Source of the DNA: Felis catus
Taxonomy: Eukaryota
Direction of reading: 5' to 3'
Assembly: GCF_018350175.1 (NCBI RefSeq)
Contig: NC_058373.1
Coordinates: 117,120,001 to 117,184,000 of the forward strand
DNA length: 64,000 bases
Positions within the stretch are counted from its first letter, which is position 1, and each line of letters begins with the position of its first letter. Of the stretch, positions 25,734 through 38,892 are shown one piece after another. The notes beneath the pieces were generated by a model that saw only the letters and a program-made list of their open reading frames with translations, had not been told where the DNA came from and searched no databases. Position numbers and translations under genes: made by a program.

Positions 25734-26977
25734 AAGATCTCAAAAATCAAAGATGGTGCCTCAGAGAACTGTGCAGTCAGCCAAAAGACCCTCTAAAGGG
25801 ATACAGGTTTCCTTTCTAGACCCTCTTGGTCAATGGTAGGGCTTCTTGGAAGCTCAAGGACATTGTACCTCAGCAAAAGCCCAAGGTGAGGAAGGACCCA
25901 CTGCAAAGAGATTTGTGGGTGTGGCTTTTGTCTAATGGAATGAAGCCTAAAAGGATTCACAGAAGACCTTCAAAGTTTTTAAGAGCATTACACTTGAAGA
26001 GGCACCCTCAGCTTGAAATGAAAGTCACATAGTACAAAACGAAAAGAGGACTTTGACCCCCGAGTATCAAGAAGGAGGAAGCAGGCAGAGAAAAATACTC
26101 AGCTGCAAATACTTGTTGCCTTTCATGAAAATGGAAGGACTGCAGGGAAGCCCAAACCAAGTGTCCAGAGGGTGGAGTTAAGAGTGGAGAATTATTCCCA
26201 GACCTCAGCAAAGAACTCACAACATGTACTTGCCAGGATTTCAGAATTGCTAGCCCTACATGCTTCCCATTTCCTCCTTTGTGGGCAAGGGTTTATAGTG
26301 GTTATCCTCTGTTTGCCCCGCCTTTGTATGCTGAATGTGTGGGGACAGATAACTGGTTGCTTTGGTTGCACACATCTTAGACATTGAGAGGAACTGTACT
26401 CAGTGGGCCGAATGAGTACTCAAGGATCTACACTCAAGGATCCTCACCCATGACTAGACTTTATTTAGAGGGTGAGAGTCTGGACTGGGAGCTGACGCCA
26501 GTATTCGGTGGGACTTTTAGCGACTGTTGGAGGGGTTAGCGTATACTACAGGTAGGACCGATGGGAATCATGGGGAGCCTGAGGGTGACTGTGGTAGCCA
26601 GCCTCTAAGATAGCCCCTATTAATCTCTGACTCCTGGCATTCAGAGTTGTTAATTCCTTCCCCTTCCCATTTTGTAGTAGGGTTGGTCTTTGTGCCCAAT
26701 AGCAGAAGGGATGGTATGTCACTTTGAGATAAGTTTATTAAAGATGGTATCTTCCGTTTTGGGGATGCTGTCATTCTCTTGTTGTCTTGGATCCCTCACT
26801 CTGGGGCACATCATGTTGAGGATATTCAGGCAGCCTTGTGGAGACATCCACTGGTGAAGAGCTTCCGGCCTATTGCCATGTGAGTGAATTTTGTTATAAG
26901 TGTACCCTCCAGCCCCAACAAGGCTTCAGATTGTGGAGCTCCAGTAGATAGCTTGACTGCAACTTCACGAGACACAG

Positions 26978-27527
26978 TGTAGAAAGGAATTAACACAGCA
27001 GACCCTAGACTGCTATCCTTAGAAAGGTCTGCTTCTAAGATTGGCTCTTGGCTGCCATCTAGGAACTTGGATTTAGGGGAGGTTCCCACCATTCTCTAAT
27101 GATGAATGGTTGACATTGGCTAAACTGTGCAAACAATAGCATTTATGGGGAACACCTGCTTTTATCTGGAAGGCTGGAATTTGGTATGTGCTAGGCAGAG
27201 GGTCCCTATAAGAGCAGCCACCAGTAAAAACGTTGGACATTGAGTCTCTGATGAGCTTCCTTGGTAGACTGGTAGACGACATTTCACAAATTGTTGTCAC
27301 AATGTGATGCTAGAGGAATTAAGCTTGTCCTGTGTGATTCCATGGGGAGAGGACTCTTGGAAGCTTGTGCCTAGTTTCCTATGGACTTCATTCTATGCAC
27401 ATTTTCCCTGTACTGAATTTTGCTTTATATCCTTTTGCTGTAATCAAAGCCATGAGTATTACTATACGTATGTGAATCCTCCTGGTGATCACTGGATCTG
27501 GAGGTGTTCTTGGAGATGCCCAACACA
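26978..27527 (+). mobile_element. MER68-like solo LTR nested in the MaLR 3' LTR
   Basis: tgtagaaaggaattaacacagcag...agactgctatccttagaaagg...ggttcccaccattc; TG...CA ends. Confidence 0.8.
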
Positions 27528-28205
27528 AAGACCCAGAGCAAGAACCACCTACTCAGAACCTGAGATAACAATTGTTTATTATCTTAAGGCACTGAGCTTT
27601 GGAGCAACAGATAACTATACAGAAAGCCAGTTGTTTCTCTCTCCTCAACATTTAGCTTAGTGTCTAGAACATAGGTGTTAAATATTTGTCGAGTGAATTG
27701 ATATTTCTGCCTTTGAAGAATTTTATGGTCCATCTGGTGCCTTTGCAGTAGAAATCTAAATCCTCACTTGATATTATGAAGCTGGCTTACCTTCCCTTTC
27801 TTTTGTCTGGAAGAACCAGTTCCAGTGGCAGCAGCCTGCCTTACAGTTGTCAGATCCTGCCATCTTCCTTTTTGGATGAGGTTCATGTGTACAGGAATTA
27901 GTGTATGACCATGCTTCTCTGTTACTCACATCCGAGTTTCCTTGATTTCTTTTTTTTCTTTCTCTCCTATGCCTTGGCAATGACAACTGTTCTTACCATT
28001 GGAATAAAACTGTCTTCCTGCTGAAAAATTAATTACTGAGTGTTTCAGGGCCTTATAATATATTAATATTTCTCTCTTGAGTCCTGCCTCTTACTCTGTC
28101 ATATGATTGCTTTGACAAATGAATGTTTTTGTTTTACATTGTCTCCTTCTCTGTACACTATCTTGAAATAGGCTTATATACAAAGATAGCGACCGTTTGA
28201 ATAAC

Positions 28206-28415
28206 TTTTTTTTAGTGTTTATTTATGTAGACAGAAAGAGAGTGTGGGCGAGGGAGGGTCAGAGAAAGAGAGAGAGGGAGAGAGAGAACCCCAAGCAGGC
28301 TCCGCACTGTCAGCACAGAGTCTGACGTGGGGCTTGATCTCATGACCACGGGATCATGACCTGAGACAAAATCAAGAGTTGGAGGCTTAACCCACTGGGC
28401 CACTCAGGTGCCCCC
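28206..28415 (-). mobile_element. Can-SINE
   Basis: Full SINE, ataacttt flanks. Confidence 0.9.
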
Positions 28416-28748
28416 AGGCTAAGATAACTTTAATGCAGAAGAAAAACCAAGATATATACTAGAAATAGACTTCCTGGGGTTATTCACAGTTTCTGAAAGA
28501 GATTTGTCATATTTTAATCAAAGGGTAGGTGTCTATGCACACACACACACACACACACACAGACACACACTCATCCCATGTTGACTTCTGTGACATACCT
28601 GTTAGTACTTAACAAAATATTTTCCCTCCCTTCAAGTCTATTCAAGTCTTAGCAGATGACCTTGATTCTTATTTCCCTGACAATCTCAAGGTGATCTAAT
28701 AGATCTCTGATTTGATCTCTTTTTTCTTAATTAAAAAATTACTTTCCA

Positions 28749-28957
28749 TTTTTTTAAGTGCATTTATTTATTCTGAGAGAGAGAGTATAAGCTGGGGAGG
28801 GGCAGAGAGAGAGGGAGAGAGAGAGAGAATCTCAGTCAGGCTCTGCACTATCAGCACGGAGCCCAGTGTGGGACTCAATTTCACGGAACCATGAGATCAT
28901 GACCTGAGCTGAAATCAAGAGTCAAATGCTTAATCAACTGAGCCACCCAGGCACCCC
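28749..28957 (-). mobile_element. Can-SINE
   Basis: Full SINE, tactttcc flanks. Confidence 0.9.
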
Positions 28958-30589
28958 AGTACTTTCCCTCTTATCAAAAAGTGATCTATCCTTCTTTCTA
29001 AAGGGTCCTCTCTATAATCTTTCCTCCTTCTTCTTGAACATTATTTTTTATCTACTATTCTGCTTTTTATTCTTGCATTTTCTTTCTTCCTCTTCTTACC
29101 AGTTTCAATAAGGATGCTCAGGTTTCTCTAACTCCAAATAGAACAACCACCCTTTTCTTTGCCTGCTTTCTCTCGGAGTTATAATTCTATGTACTTCCTT
29201 TATTTTGTTGCCAAGCTTCTCAAGATTAGTCATTTTTGCTGGCTGCCTCACTTCCTCATCATTCACTTACTGCTTAACACTTAAAACCTACTGGTACCCT
29301 TTCCATCCGAAATTCCCCTCCAAGGTATTTTAATGACCATGTCTATTAGCCCTCTACCCCTTCTACCCCCAAAACAGATTGTTTACCTTATTGAAGCACT
29401 TATTACTGTCGTTGTTACTTTCTTAACAACTGCCTTTTCTTTTTTATTTGATATATGACATTTTTTTTTTGCCTTCATACCCCTTCTATCTTTTATAGCT
29501 AGATTTCTGATTATTGACTAACGGAACAATTAATTAAGACTTATCCAAGCTGAAAGAAATTGGTTTCTGAAACAAATGGTCCACTTACAAAAGGTCTGTT
29601 CCCTTCCCAGGATTTTTAACTCTCAGGGGTTCAGTTATTTACATAGAGTATGAGGCCATTACATCTGAATGTGCCATCTAGGCACTGTTGACTGACGGTC
29701 TTGTTTATTTCATTTGGATATGACTGCAAAACTCTACATTTCAAGCCTCATATTTCCACCAGAAGGTGAACATATCAACCTACCTGTATCTTGATACCAT
29801 CAAATTCTAACTGAAACCAGAATTTTCATTTTCCTTCCCCCCAAATAGCTCTGTATGACCTGTCTGTTTTTCATCTGATTCTAGGATAGGGATCAACTTT
29901 TGTCCTTCTCTTCGACCCTTGTGTCCAAACAATCCTCAAGTCTTATCTGAACTACTTATATATCATTTCCTCCATTTGATATCTATTTCCAGTTCCACCT
30001 TTACTGTCTCCTAGCTCCTGCCTTTGTCCTATGTTCAGTCCCATACACTTGGGCCCAACGGTTTCTTCAAAAGTGAATATTCAGCCCATCATGGCACCAT
30101 CCGGAAATCGTCTGGTTCTGACAAATAAAGGGTAAATGTCTCTCTCCTCCTCCTCCTCTATGCACACTGTACCCTCATAGCTGCCCTGGCTTTCCTACCT
30201 CTGTTTTGCTCATTGTGCTCCCATGAAGTAGGTTATGTGAGTAGAAATCAGCTTCGTAGGCAATTCTGGAGATCAAACAAAAAACCAGGAATTTGGAGGA
30301 AATTACTATTGTTAAGAAACGCGTACATGCACATCATTTTTGCCGGTTGAAGTCTTCCTCATCTTTAAGCTTCATCTCAAGTTTGTGGTGTTTTCCCTGA
30401 AGGCTTTCATGCTTTCCCAGTGAGGGCACCCACTTTCTTCCACGTTACATTGCGCTTTGTTTCCAGTCTTCTGAGGACACACGGGGTTTATGCTCTGTGA
30501 GTTTACAGAATGATAATCTCTTAGGATATGAAACTAAGATACTAGAATTGGAATTACTATTTACTTTAGTTTTAACTTTTTTCCTACTG

Positions 30590-30755
30590 ATTTTTTTATG
30601 GTGGTAACATAGACGTAACATAAAATTGACCATTGTAACCATTTCGAGTGTTCAGTTCTGTGGCGTTATTCACGTTGCTGCGCACCCATCACCACCCTCC
30701 ATCTCTGGAGCTTTTTCATCTTCCCTGACTGAAACTCTTACCCACTAAACACTGT
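30590..30755 (-). mobile_element. L1MB-type 3' end fragment
   Basis: gtggtaacatagacgtaacataaaattgaccatt...tttcatcttccctgactgaaactct. Confidence 0.8.
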
Positions 30756-30846
30756 CTTTTAAGATTACAATTTTCATGGAAATTTTAAATGTTCATAAAG
30801 TTAGAGAGTGTATGTATTTTCAAAACAACAACAAAAAATTATAAAC

Positions 30847-31018
30847 ATTTTATTTATTTTTGAGAGAGAGCACGAGCAGGGGAGAGACAGAGAAAGAGGG
30901 AAACAGAGGATCCACACCAGTAGGAGAGAGCCCGACATGGGGCTCAAACTCATGAACCACAAGATCATGACCTGAGCTGAAATCGGGCACTCAACTGACT
31001 GAGCCACCTAGGCACCTC
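30847..31018 (-). mobile_element. Can-SINE (internally deleted)
   Basis: SINE tail, AG tract and head visible. Confidence 0.88.
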
Positions 31019-31234
31019 CAAAATAATGAGATTTTGACATATTGGAAGTACATGCTCAAAATCTTAAGAGACTGGGGTACACAATCCAAAGATTTATTAG
31101 GGGTCAATAACAATTATGTATCTGTAGGCATTTTATAACTAGTCTTTGATATTAATTTTGTATATATGGTGGCAAAGCAGGCACTTGTTTGATATTAATT
31201 TTGGATGTAAGTTATTGACTGACACCTGTCATTT

Positions 31235-31456
31235 CTTCTTCTTCTTTTTTTAATGTTTATTCATTTTTGAGAGACAGAGAGAGACAGAGCCAGCAGGGGA
31301 GGGGCAGAGAGAGAGAGGAAGGTACAGAATCAGAAACAGGCTCCAGGCTCCAAGCTGTCAGCACAGAGCCCGATGTGGGGCTCGAACCCATGAACTGCAA
31401 GATCATGACCTGAGCTGAAGTCGGACACTTAACCGACTGAGCCACCCAGGTGCCCC
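31235..31456 (-). mobile_element. Can-SINE
   Basis: Perfect 18-bp TSD gactgacacctgtcattt 31217-31234/31457-31474. Confidence 0.94.
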
Positions 31457-31712
31457 GACTGACACCTGTCATTTAATTATTAGATGGGCTTTTGCTTTGT
31501 AGAGAAGAACTTTTAAACAGACAAGCAAAGATTAATAAATTAAAATCACCTATAATATGACAACTTGTGTAGCGATTAAAATTTTGTTATCTGTTCTTTT
31601 CAGCTAGTTTTCTATGAATACTGATACGGTTTTCTTTTAAAAAGGAAAGATCATGCTATTTTATTTTTGTAAATTTTGTACTCTGTACTTTGAAGAATGT
31701 CATGAATGTTTC

Positions 31713-31927
31713 TTTTTTTATTTTTTAAAGGGTTTATTTATTTTTGAGGGAAAGACAGAGTGCAAGTGGGGGAGGGGCAGAGAGAGAGGGGGACACAGAA
31801 TCGGAAACAGGCCCCAGGCTCTGAGCTGTCAGCACAGAGCCCGATGCGGGGCTCGAACTCAGGAATGGAGAAATCATAACCTGAGCTGAAGTCAGACGCT
31901 TAACCAACCGAGCCACCCAGGGGCCCC
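31713..31927 (-). mobile_element. Can-SINE
   Basis: TSD aatgtttctttt. Confidence 0.93.
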
Positions 31928-31942
31928 ACAAATGTTTCTTTT

Positions 31943-32156
31943 TTTTTTTTTTTAACGTTTATTTATTTTTGAGACAGAGAGAGACAGAGCATGAATGGGG
32001 GAGGGGCAGAGAGAGAGGGAGACACAGAATCGGAAACAGGCTCCAGGCTCTGAGCCATCAGCCCAGAGCCCGACGCGGGGCTCGAACTCACGGACCGCGA
32101 GATCGTGACCTGAGCTGAAGTCGGACGCTTAACCAACTGTGCCACCCAGGCGCCCC
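31943..32156 (-). mobile_element. Young Can-SINE (SINEC_Fc)
   Basis: CpGs intact; TSD cacaaatgtttctttt 31927-31942/32157-32172. Confidence 0.95.
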
Positions 32157-32449
32157 CACAAATGTTTCTTTTGATACTAAACACTCTTTTTCCGTACATT
32201 TTAATGGCTTTATTTTATGAAGGTATAGAGATAATTTACTTAGATACCCTAATTCCTGTGCTGTGGGATTTTTAGGCCCTTCCATTTTTTTTTCCTCCTC
32301 TTTTTGCTATTTGAACAGTTCTATAAGACAGATGCTATTAACCGTGTCTCATATACCTGTGTTCTTTCTTTAGGAGAAATCCCCAAGATTTGTATGTTTC
32401 TTTACGAGTTGTGGTTTTACTGACATCTTTTGTGTCTGTCTCTGTGGCA

Positions 32450-32690
32450 ATTTTGTGTAGTGGTGAAGAGTTTGGGCGGGAATTTTAATTGTACCTCAAC
32501 CACTTACTGGCTGTGTGACTTGGGGCACGTTGTCTTTGTGTGCCTCATTTTCCCTCATGTGTGTACGTATATTGTCTGTATATTGGGGATAAAAATAATA
32601 CCATGTTGCTGGGTTGCAGAGGCGATTAAATGAGTTAATAAGTGGAAAATACTTAATAGTGGTTGGCACAGAGTAAGAGAACGGTACTTT
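32450..32690 (+). mobile_element. MIR
   Basis: ccacttactggctgtgtgacttgggg...tgcctcattttccctcat...gattaaatgagttaata. Confidence 0.8.
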
Positions 32691-33754
32691 TTGGCCAGTT
32701 TTGCTAGCATATGGCCCCTGTCAGGTAAGCCAAGTTAATTGTCAAGTAGCTCCTGTAACATAAAGCGTGGTTATATTCTTCAGTAAGATGAATTACATAT
32801 TAATGTTTTCATTTTATCAGTTCTACTAGGTGAGAACCAGGAACACAGCAATCCCAATCTGTCGTACTTTGTAGGGACAGGGTGTGTAACCTCGTAGATT
32901 TGAAGGCTTAATAGGAACCCTTTTGTAGGTAGATTCATACGGTGACAAATGAAAGGGGAATTAAAGTCTTGTTAGAAGAAATTTGTCATTTTGTAGGGGG
33001 AGCAATGTGGTTCATTTCCAGACACTTGATGAGGGCAGAGATGTGGCTGTGTTCTTTCTTCATTTTTACATCAGTCAAGCCTTTGGCCATAGTAGGCACT
33101 CAATAAATATTTGTGAAATAAATAAACATTCATGAATAAACATGTCAATGCTTCACTGAATGTATTGCAATGTATGTTGTAAACATAATGAAGGCTTTGT
33201 ATAATGAACTAACAATTGACAGCGGAATTCTTGTCTGCAGAGTGGGCTGGAGGCTTTCAGGCTTTTCTTCTGATTATTATAGGATTTGAGAGTGAGCAGA
33301 TTCAGAAATGATGCAGGCGGCTGTTGCTTCTGGTGAATGCTTCACTCTATGCTGGTCAGGTTCTCTGATTCCTCTGCTGTTCCCTCGTGTGTGCTCTGTC
33401 CTTAGTGCACCTGCTGGATCTGATCTCACCGTGAAAATTGCGTTTCCTTTCTGCTGGCCCATGGGGTTCAGTGTTTGATTAACATGTTTCCCATTTTCTG
33501 AGCAAAATACCTAGGTAAGTCCCCTTTGGTTGAGGTGAAGATCCGCAATAATTTACAACCACTGTGCGAGCCTTGTGTTGCATCACATACTTCTTGTAAG
33601 GACGTGGTGTCGTTTGTAACACTGGCACTAGCAGCCCCTCCTAGAACATTCTCGGTGCAGTGTGTTGACTCCCACATTGGATAACATTGACAGTCATCAG
33701 AGGAATGACTTAGTTGCTGCTGAATTAAAAAAAAAATCAGACTTACAGTATAAA

Positions 33755-34010
33755 TGAATTTTACTCTCTTCAAAGTAGTGACCTTGGAATAGATGCAGTC
33801 CTTTGATGCTTCCATTGACGTTGCTATTGCTTTCTGGAATCCTTTTTACGTTGCCTTCAGAGCTATGAATATGAAATATTCACATTCATCTGAATATTTT
33901 TGAGTTTGACAAATATTCATTCTTTGTGGGAAGCTTTGATTTTGGGAAACAGGGAAAGAGCCATTGGCATCGAGTCCGGCAGCCGAAGTGAATGATGAGG
34001 GCAGAGAGTA
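33755..34010. mobile_element. MARNA-like mariner fossil
   Basis: tcttcaaagtagtgaccttgg...ttgccttcagagc...tttgattttgggaaacag. Confidence 0.7.
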
Positions 34011-34124
34011 CTGGTTCTGTCTAAGGCAAAGGAGGATTTTAGACATCTTACAATTATGTCATGACACTTACGTGTTTTTTCCAAACATGATTTCTTTTTA
34101 TTTCTCTTAAAAAAAAAAGTTTAT

Positions 34125-34337
34125 GGGGCGCCTGGGTGGCGCAGTCGGTTGAGCGTCCGACTTCAGCCAGGTCACGATCTCGCGGTCTGTGAGTTCGAGC
34201 CCCGCGTCGGGCTCTGGGCTGATGGCTCAGAGCCTGGAGCCTGTTTCCTACTCTGTGTCTCCCTCTCTCTCTGCCCCTCGCCCGTTCATGCTCTGTCTCT
34301 CTCTGTCCCAAAAATAAATAAACGTTGAAAAAAAAAA
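34125..34337 (+). mobile_element. Young Can-SINE (SINEC_Fc)
   Basis: ggggcgcctgggtggcgcagtcggttgagcgtccgac; TSD ttaaaaaaaaaagtttat. Confidence 0.95.
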
Positions 34338-34350
34338 TTAAAAAAAAAAA

Positions 34351-34544
34351 GTTTATATATTTGTTTTGAGAGAGACAGTGTGAGTGGGGAGGGGCAGAGA
34401 GAGGGAGAGAGAGAATCCCACGCGGCTCTGTGCCCCCAAGCACAGAGCCCGATGTGGGGCTCAAACCCATGAAATCGTGAGATCATGACCTGAGCTGAAA
34501 AGCAAGAATCAGACGCTCAGCTGACTGAGCCACCTCAGCTCTCC
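34351..34544 (-). mobile_element. Older Can-SINE
   Basis: TSD catgatttctttt 34086-34098/34545-34557. Confidence 0.88.
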
Positions 34545-36413
34545 CATGATTTCTTTTTCTAAAATCATGTTGCAATTTATAAATACGTCAAGCCTAGAGA
34601 GAACACTACGGGACCCTATATGACAGGCATGCTCCTAGCACGGACGTTAAACAGATGCTAACATTTTACAGTCTTTGTTGGCATATGTTCTTTCATCTTT
34701 CCCTCCTCCCCTGTTCTTTCTCTGGAAGAAGATATTTTAGGTACTCCTGAAACACTACCCTTCCTCAGGCCCATTGCCTACCCTCCTCCTTCCCTCCACA
34801 GTCACACCTCTGCCAGAGTTGCTTTGCGTCTTTCCTGGGTATGTTTATGCCTTTTGGAGGGAGTGCTTTAAAATGTACACAAATTGCATTTTACTGTATG
34901 TGTCCCTCTGACATTGTTTTTGAGATGTGTCCTTGGTAATTTGTTTTAATTGCTTTATACGAATAAATCGGCTTATTCGTCCACTGCCCTAAGAGAAGGT
35001 TAAGGTGATTCCACCTTTTTGCTGTTGCGGGTAGTGACGCAGTGATCCTCTGTGTGCATCGCTGCTTAGGAATACGTGCTGGGGATTGTCTAAAGCAAGT
35101 ACCTGGAGGAGAAATTGCTAGGTTCCAGGAGATGAACATCATCAATTCGGTGGATGTTTCCAAGCCGCTCTCCAGAGCAGTTGTAATTATGTTCCCATTT
35201 GTAGTTACCGGTTCCCCACATCTTGATTTATCAGAGATCAAATTTTTGCCTATTGGATTGTCATGGGATTGTACCTCCTCATTTTAGTTTGCACTTCTCT
35301 GCTCACTAGTGTGACAGAGCATCTTGTCATCTGTTTAGTGGCCGCACAAGTTTCCTCTTTTGTGAATTGTCCGTTCAGAGCCTTTGCCAACTTTTCTACT
35401 GCCACTGGCCTTTTTATTAATGATTTATAAGAATCATTTATAGTCTAGATATTAATTCTTGGTCAGTGTGTTGGGCTAGAAATATCTTCTCCTAGTCTGT
35501 GGTTTATGTTTCCACTTTTTAATGATGTCATTTATTTTAAAGCAGTGCTAAGTTTGAATACAGTATATTAATTTCTTTATTATAGTCTATGCTGTTTTTG
35601 TGTGTTGTTGATGAAATCCTCCTTTTCCCTACTGTCAGAAAAATTGTTTCTAAACCTTCTTTTAAAAGTTTTGAAATGTAATGTTTTAAGTGACTTCGAA
35701 TTAATTTTTGTATATTAGTGCGATGCTGGAATCTACTCTAATCTCTTTCCATACGGGTGACCAGTTGTCTCCGTTCCATATACCGAATCTTTTCAGGGCT
35801 GTCACTTACCACAGTCCCTTATGGTGTGAGGATGTGTTCCACGGCTTTGTGTTCTTCGTTAGGGTGTGTTTGTCCAAGGTGGCCCAGCCTCTCTTTAATT
35901 ACTTTAGGCGTATAGGCCTAGGTTCAGTTTCACCTTTAGTGCTGCTTTACTACGCCAGGCTCTTTACACGTTCAAATATATTTGTGGACTGTAGAAGCCT
36001 CATTTTGCTTTTGTTGGAATTACTGAGACGTTTTACAGATATATGGTGAGAATTTACCCTCAGATGATACTGAATCTTCTCATCCACAAATACGGAATAG
36101 TTGTCTATGAAGTTCTTTTTTTTATGCCTTTAGGTAGAATTTCATAATTTTTTGCCATACTTCTTATGTATCTTTGTTAAATGTCTTCCTAAGTTTCCCA
36201 CGGTCTACGGTGCCGTTGTTAACGGCGTCTTTTTTATTATCTCTTCCTGTTATTGCTGGTGTAGAGGGACATTATTTGTTTTTGTATACCTTGCTGAATT
36301 CTCATTAATTTTCATGTTTTACTATAGATACTCTTACATTTCCTATACAGACAGATATATAATCTTTGATAATGACAGATTTTTTTCCCCCCCGAAGTTG
36401 CATGACTAAACTA

Positions 36414-37180
36414 TGTCTCTACTTGGAACATTTCTGACACCAAACGTGTGGGTTTTTCCCACATTACACTCTCCAATTTTTTGCAGACACAAACTGGGTG
36501 TCCAACAATTTAGTTCATTTCTGGCATGAACTTCCTGGAGTTAGTGCACAGCCCACAGGTCAATGAGTTCAGTCCCACAAGACACTCCCCACTTCAGATA
36601 CCAATCGCAAGTCTGGGTTTCCCATACTTCTGACTGACTATACATTGGGGGCACCTATGACCTCTTCCTCAGGTTTGATGATTTGGTAGAATGGCCCATA
36701 GAACTCAGAAAAGTGCTTCACTTCACTTTTGCTGGCTTATTATAAAGGATACGACTCAGGAACAGCCAAATGGAAGAGATGCATACATAGGGCAAGGTAT
36801 AGGGATGGGGGTAGTGGAGCTCCCATGCCCTGTCCAGATGCACCACTCTCCTGGCACCTCTATGTATTCACCAACCCAGAAGGTCTCCAAACTCCACCAT
36901 TTTGGGTTTTTCTGGAAGTTCCATTACATAAGCATGATGGATTAAATCATTGGCAATTGGCGTTTGAACTCAATCGCCGGCCCTTCTCCCCTCCCTACTG
37001 GTAACCAGTCACAATTCTCAGGAGTCATTCCCTTAGCATAAATTCAGGTGTGGTTGAAAGGGACTGATTAGGAATAACAAAAGACACTCCTCTTACAAAT
37101 TCCTGGGGTTTTAGGAGCTCTGTGCTAGGAACCAGAGGCGAAGACCAAATCTAAATTTCTTATTGCATTGCAATATTACA
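36414..37180 (-). mobile_element. MER21-family solo LTR
   Basis: ttctgacaccaaacgtgtgggtttttccc...aactgggtgtcc...cagtcccacaagac...tattataaaggatacgactcaggaacagccaaatggaagagatgcata. Confidence 0.85.
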
Positions 37181-37233
37181 GTGGCTTACACTTATTTTTC
37201 TTGTATTACGTACTGGCCTCAATTTCCACTATA

Positions 37234-37392
37234 CTGCCTTTGTAAATAAAGTTTTATTGAAACACACTCACACTCATACTGTCTACGGCTCATTTTGCAT
37301 TACGGTGGCAGAATTGACTAGTTTGGACAGCAGATTTCTAGTTTGCAAAGCCTGAAGTATTTATTAGGCCTATTACATAAAATTTCCTGAGG
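37234..37392 (-). mobile_element. MER58A fragment
   Basis: tttgtaaataaagttttattgaaacac...gcaaagcctgaagtattta. Confidence 0.75.
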
Positions 37393-38646
37393 CATGATAG
37401 AACCTTCTTATTCCTGACTTTAAAAGGAGAGCTTGTAATGCTGTGCCATTAAGAATGATGTGCCTGTAGGTTGGTTGATGTGTACCCCTTACTGGGTTAA
37501 GAAAATGTCCTTCTAAGACTTATAAGAAATGTTTTCTTGTTTGTTTCGTTATTTAAAAAAAAATCATGAATGAATGTTCAATGTGTTCAAATGTGTTTTT
37601 AGCATATGAGATTTGTTTTTCTCTCCTATTAAATATACTTAATTCCATTGTCTTTTAGATTATCCTATTTCCAGTTCTTGGGGCTTAGAATCCTCCTGCT
37701 TAATGTGTTTTTGTAACTTGTGAGCTTAGTGGGCCCGAGTTTTCCATGGGAGTTGTCTGAAGCATGGGTCGTGGGAGTTTTGCTCTAGTTTTCCCATACC
37801 TCTCATTGTCCCAGGGCCAATTTTTATGTGAACTTCTCATACTGGGCATTTGTGGAGCGTGCAGGTCGCCTAAAATTGTACCCCAGAAGCAGAGATCTAG
37901 GGTTTAAATTTTGCAGGGAGCTTTTTGTTCTCCTTTTGTAACGTTAAATAGAGATTTACAGGTGATCTGACTTGGTGGGAGAATGCTCTTTAGCCCTTTC
38001 TCCCGGTGGTTGCAGTGCTTTGAGGGGCCTCCTTCAGGGCAGCAGGCCTACCTTCGGCAGGCCCTTTGGGCTTTGTTTCTGGTCCCAATGTGCTAGTTGA
38101 AATCTAAACCCTTACTGTTCCTGGCTCACTACTTGTTCTACTCCATCCTCTTCCCCATGACGGCCCTGGCCCCTCAAGGCAGCTGCCCAGTAGATTCCTC
38201 TGCTTGCTTCTGATTTTCAGTTGCTGCTTCGTTTCTGACACCTGCTCATTTCCCCTTCTTTATTGCAGGTTCAACTATGCATTTAAGAAGGAACGGATAT
38301 TTCTAGGTGCTCGTGGCAGGAACATGAGACTGTGTCATCTTAGGTGACCATCTTGCTGGAATGAGAGGCTGCCCCCTAAATGCAATTTCATCATTCAAAA
38401 AAAAAAAAAAAAAAAAAAAAAAGCAAAGTGAAATCCAATAAAACAAAAAGCAAAACTCAAAAATTGGATCCCTAAAGGAACTAACCATGAGCCAGGCAGC
38501 ATGCAGAGTCCTTTGCTATCAGCTCATATAATTCTTACAAAGACCTCATAGCTCTTTTTAAGTGGCAAAGTTAAGTAACTGGCCCAGCAGTTTGTCAGAG
38601 GCAGCACCAAAGCTAGGAACTCAGCTTCATCAAACATTCCTTCCTC

Positions 38647-38892
38647 TTTTTTTTTTTTTTAAGTTTTTATTTGTTTATTTTGAGAGAGAGAGAGAGAGCA
38701 CAGGTTGGGGAGGGTCAGGGAGAAAGAAAGAGAGAGGGAGGGAGAGAGGGAAAGAGAGAGAGAATCCCAAGCAGGCTCCGCACTGTCAGTGCAGAGCCTG
38801 ATGTGGGGCTCAAAACCTATGAACCATGAGATCACAACCTGAGCTGAAACCAAGAGTCAGACACTTAATCAACTGAGCCACTCAGGCACCCC
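38647..38892 (-). mobile_element. Can-SINE
   Basis: TSD acattccttcctctt/acattctttcttctt. Confidence 0.92.

Larger units (their letters stand above)
24428..27621 (+). mobile_element. Two-LTR MaLR provirus (MLT1F/E-like LTR - internal region - LTR)
   Basis: 5' LTR ~24428-24910, MLT-int (agaatttggt...gtggctttggaactaggcagtg), 3' LTR from ~26589 to ...cagataactataca 27621; sits inside an L2 3' end. Confidence 0.8.
34560..38310 (-). mobile_element. Very old L1ME-type relic interrupted by an LTR and MER58A
   Basis: T-rich L1-like phrases (ttttagtttgcacttctctg, aatatcttctcctagtctgtgg, tgaatcttctcatccac). Confidence 0.55.
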
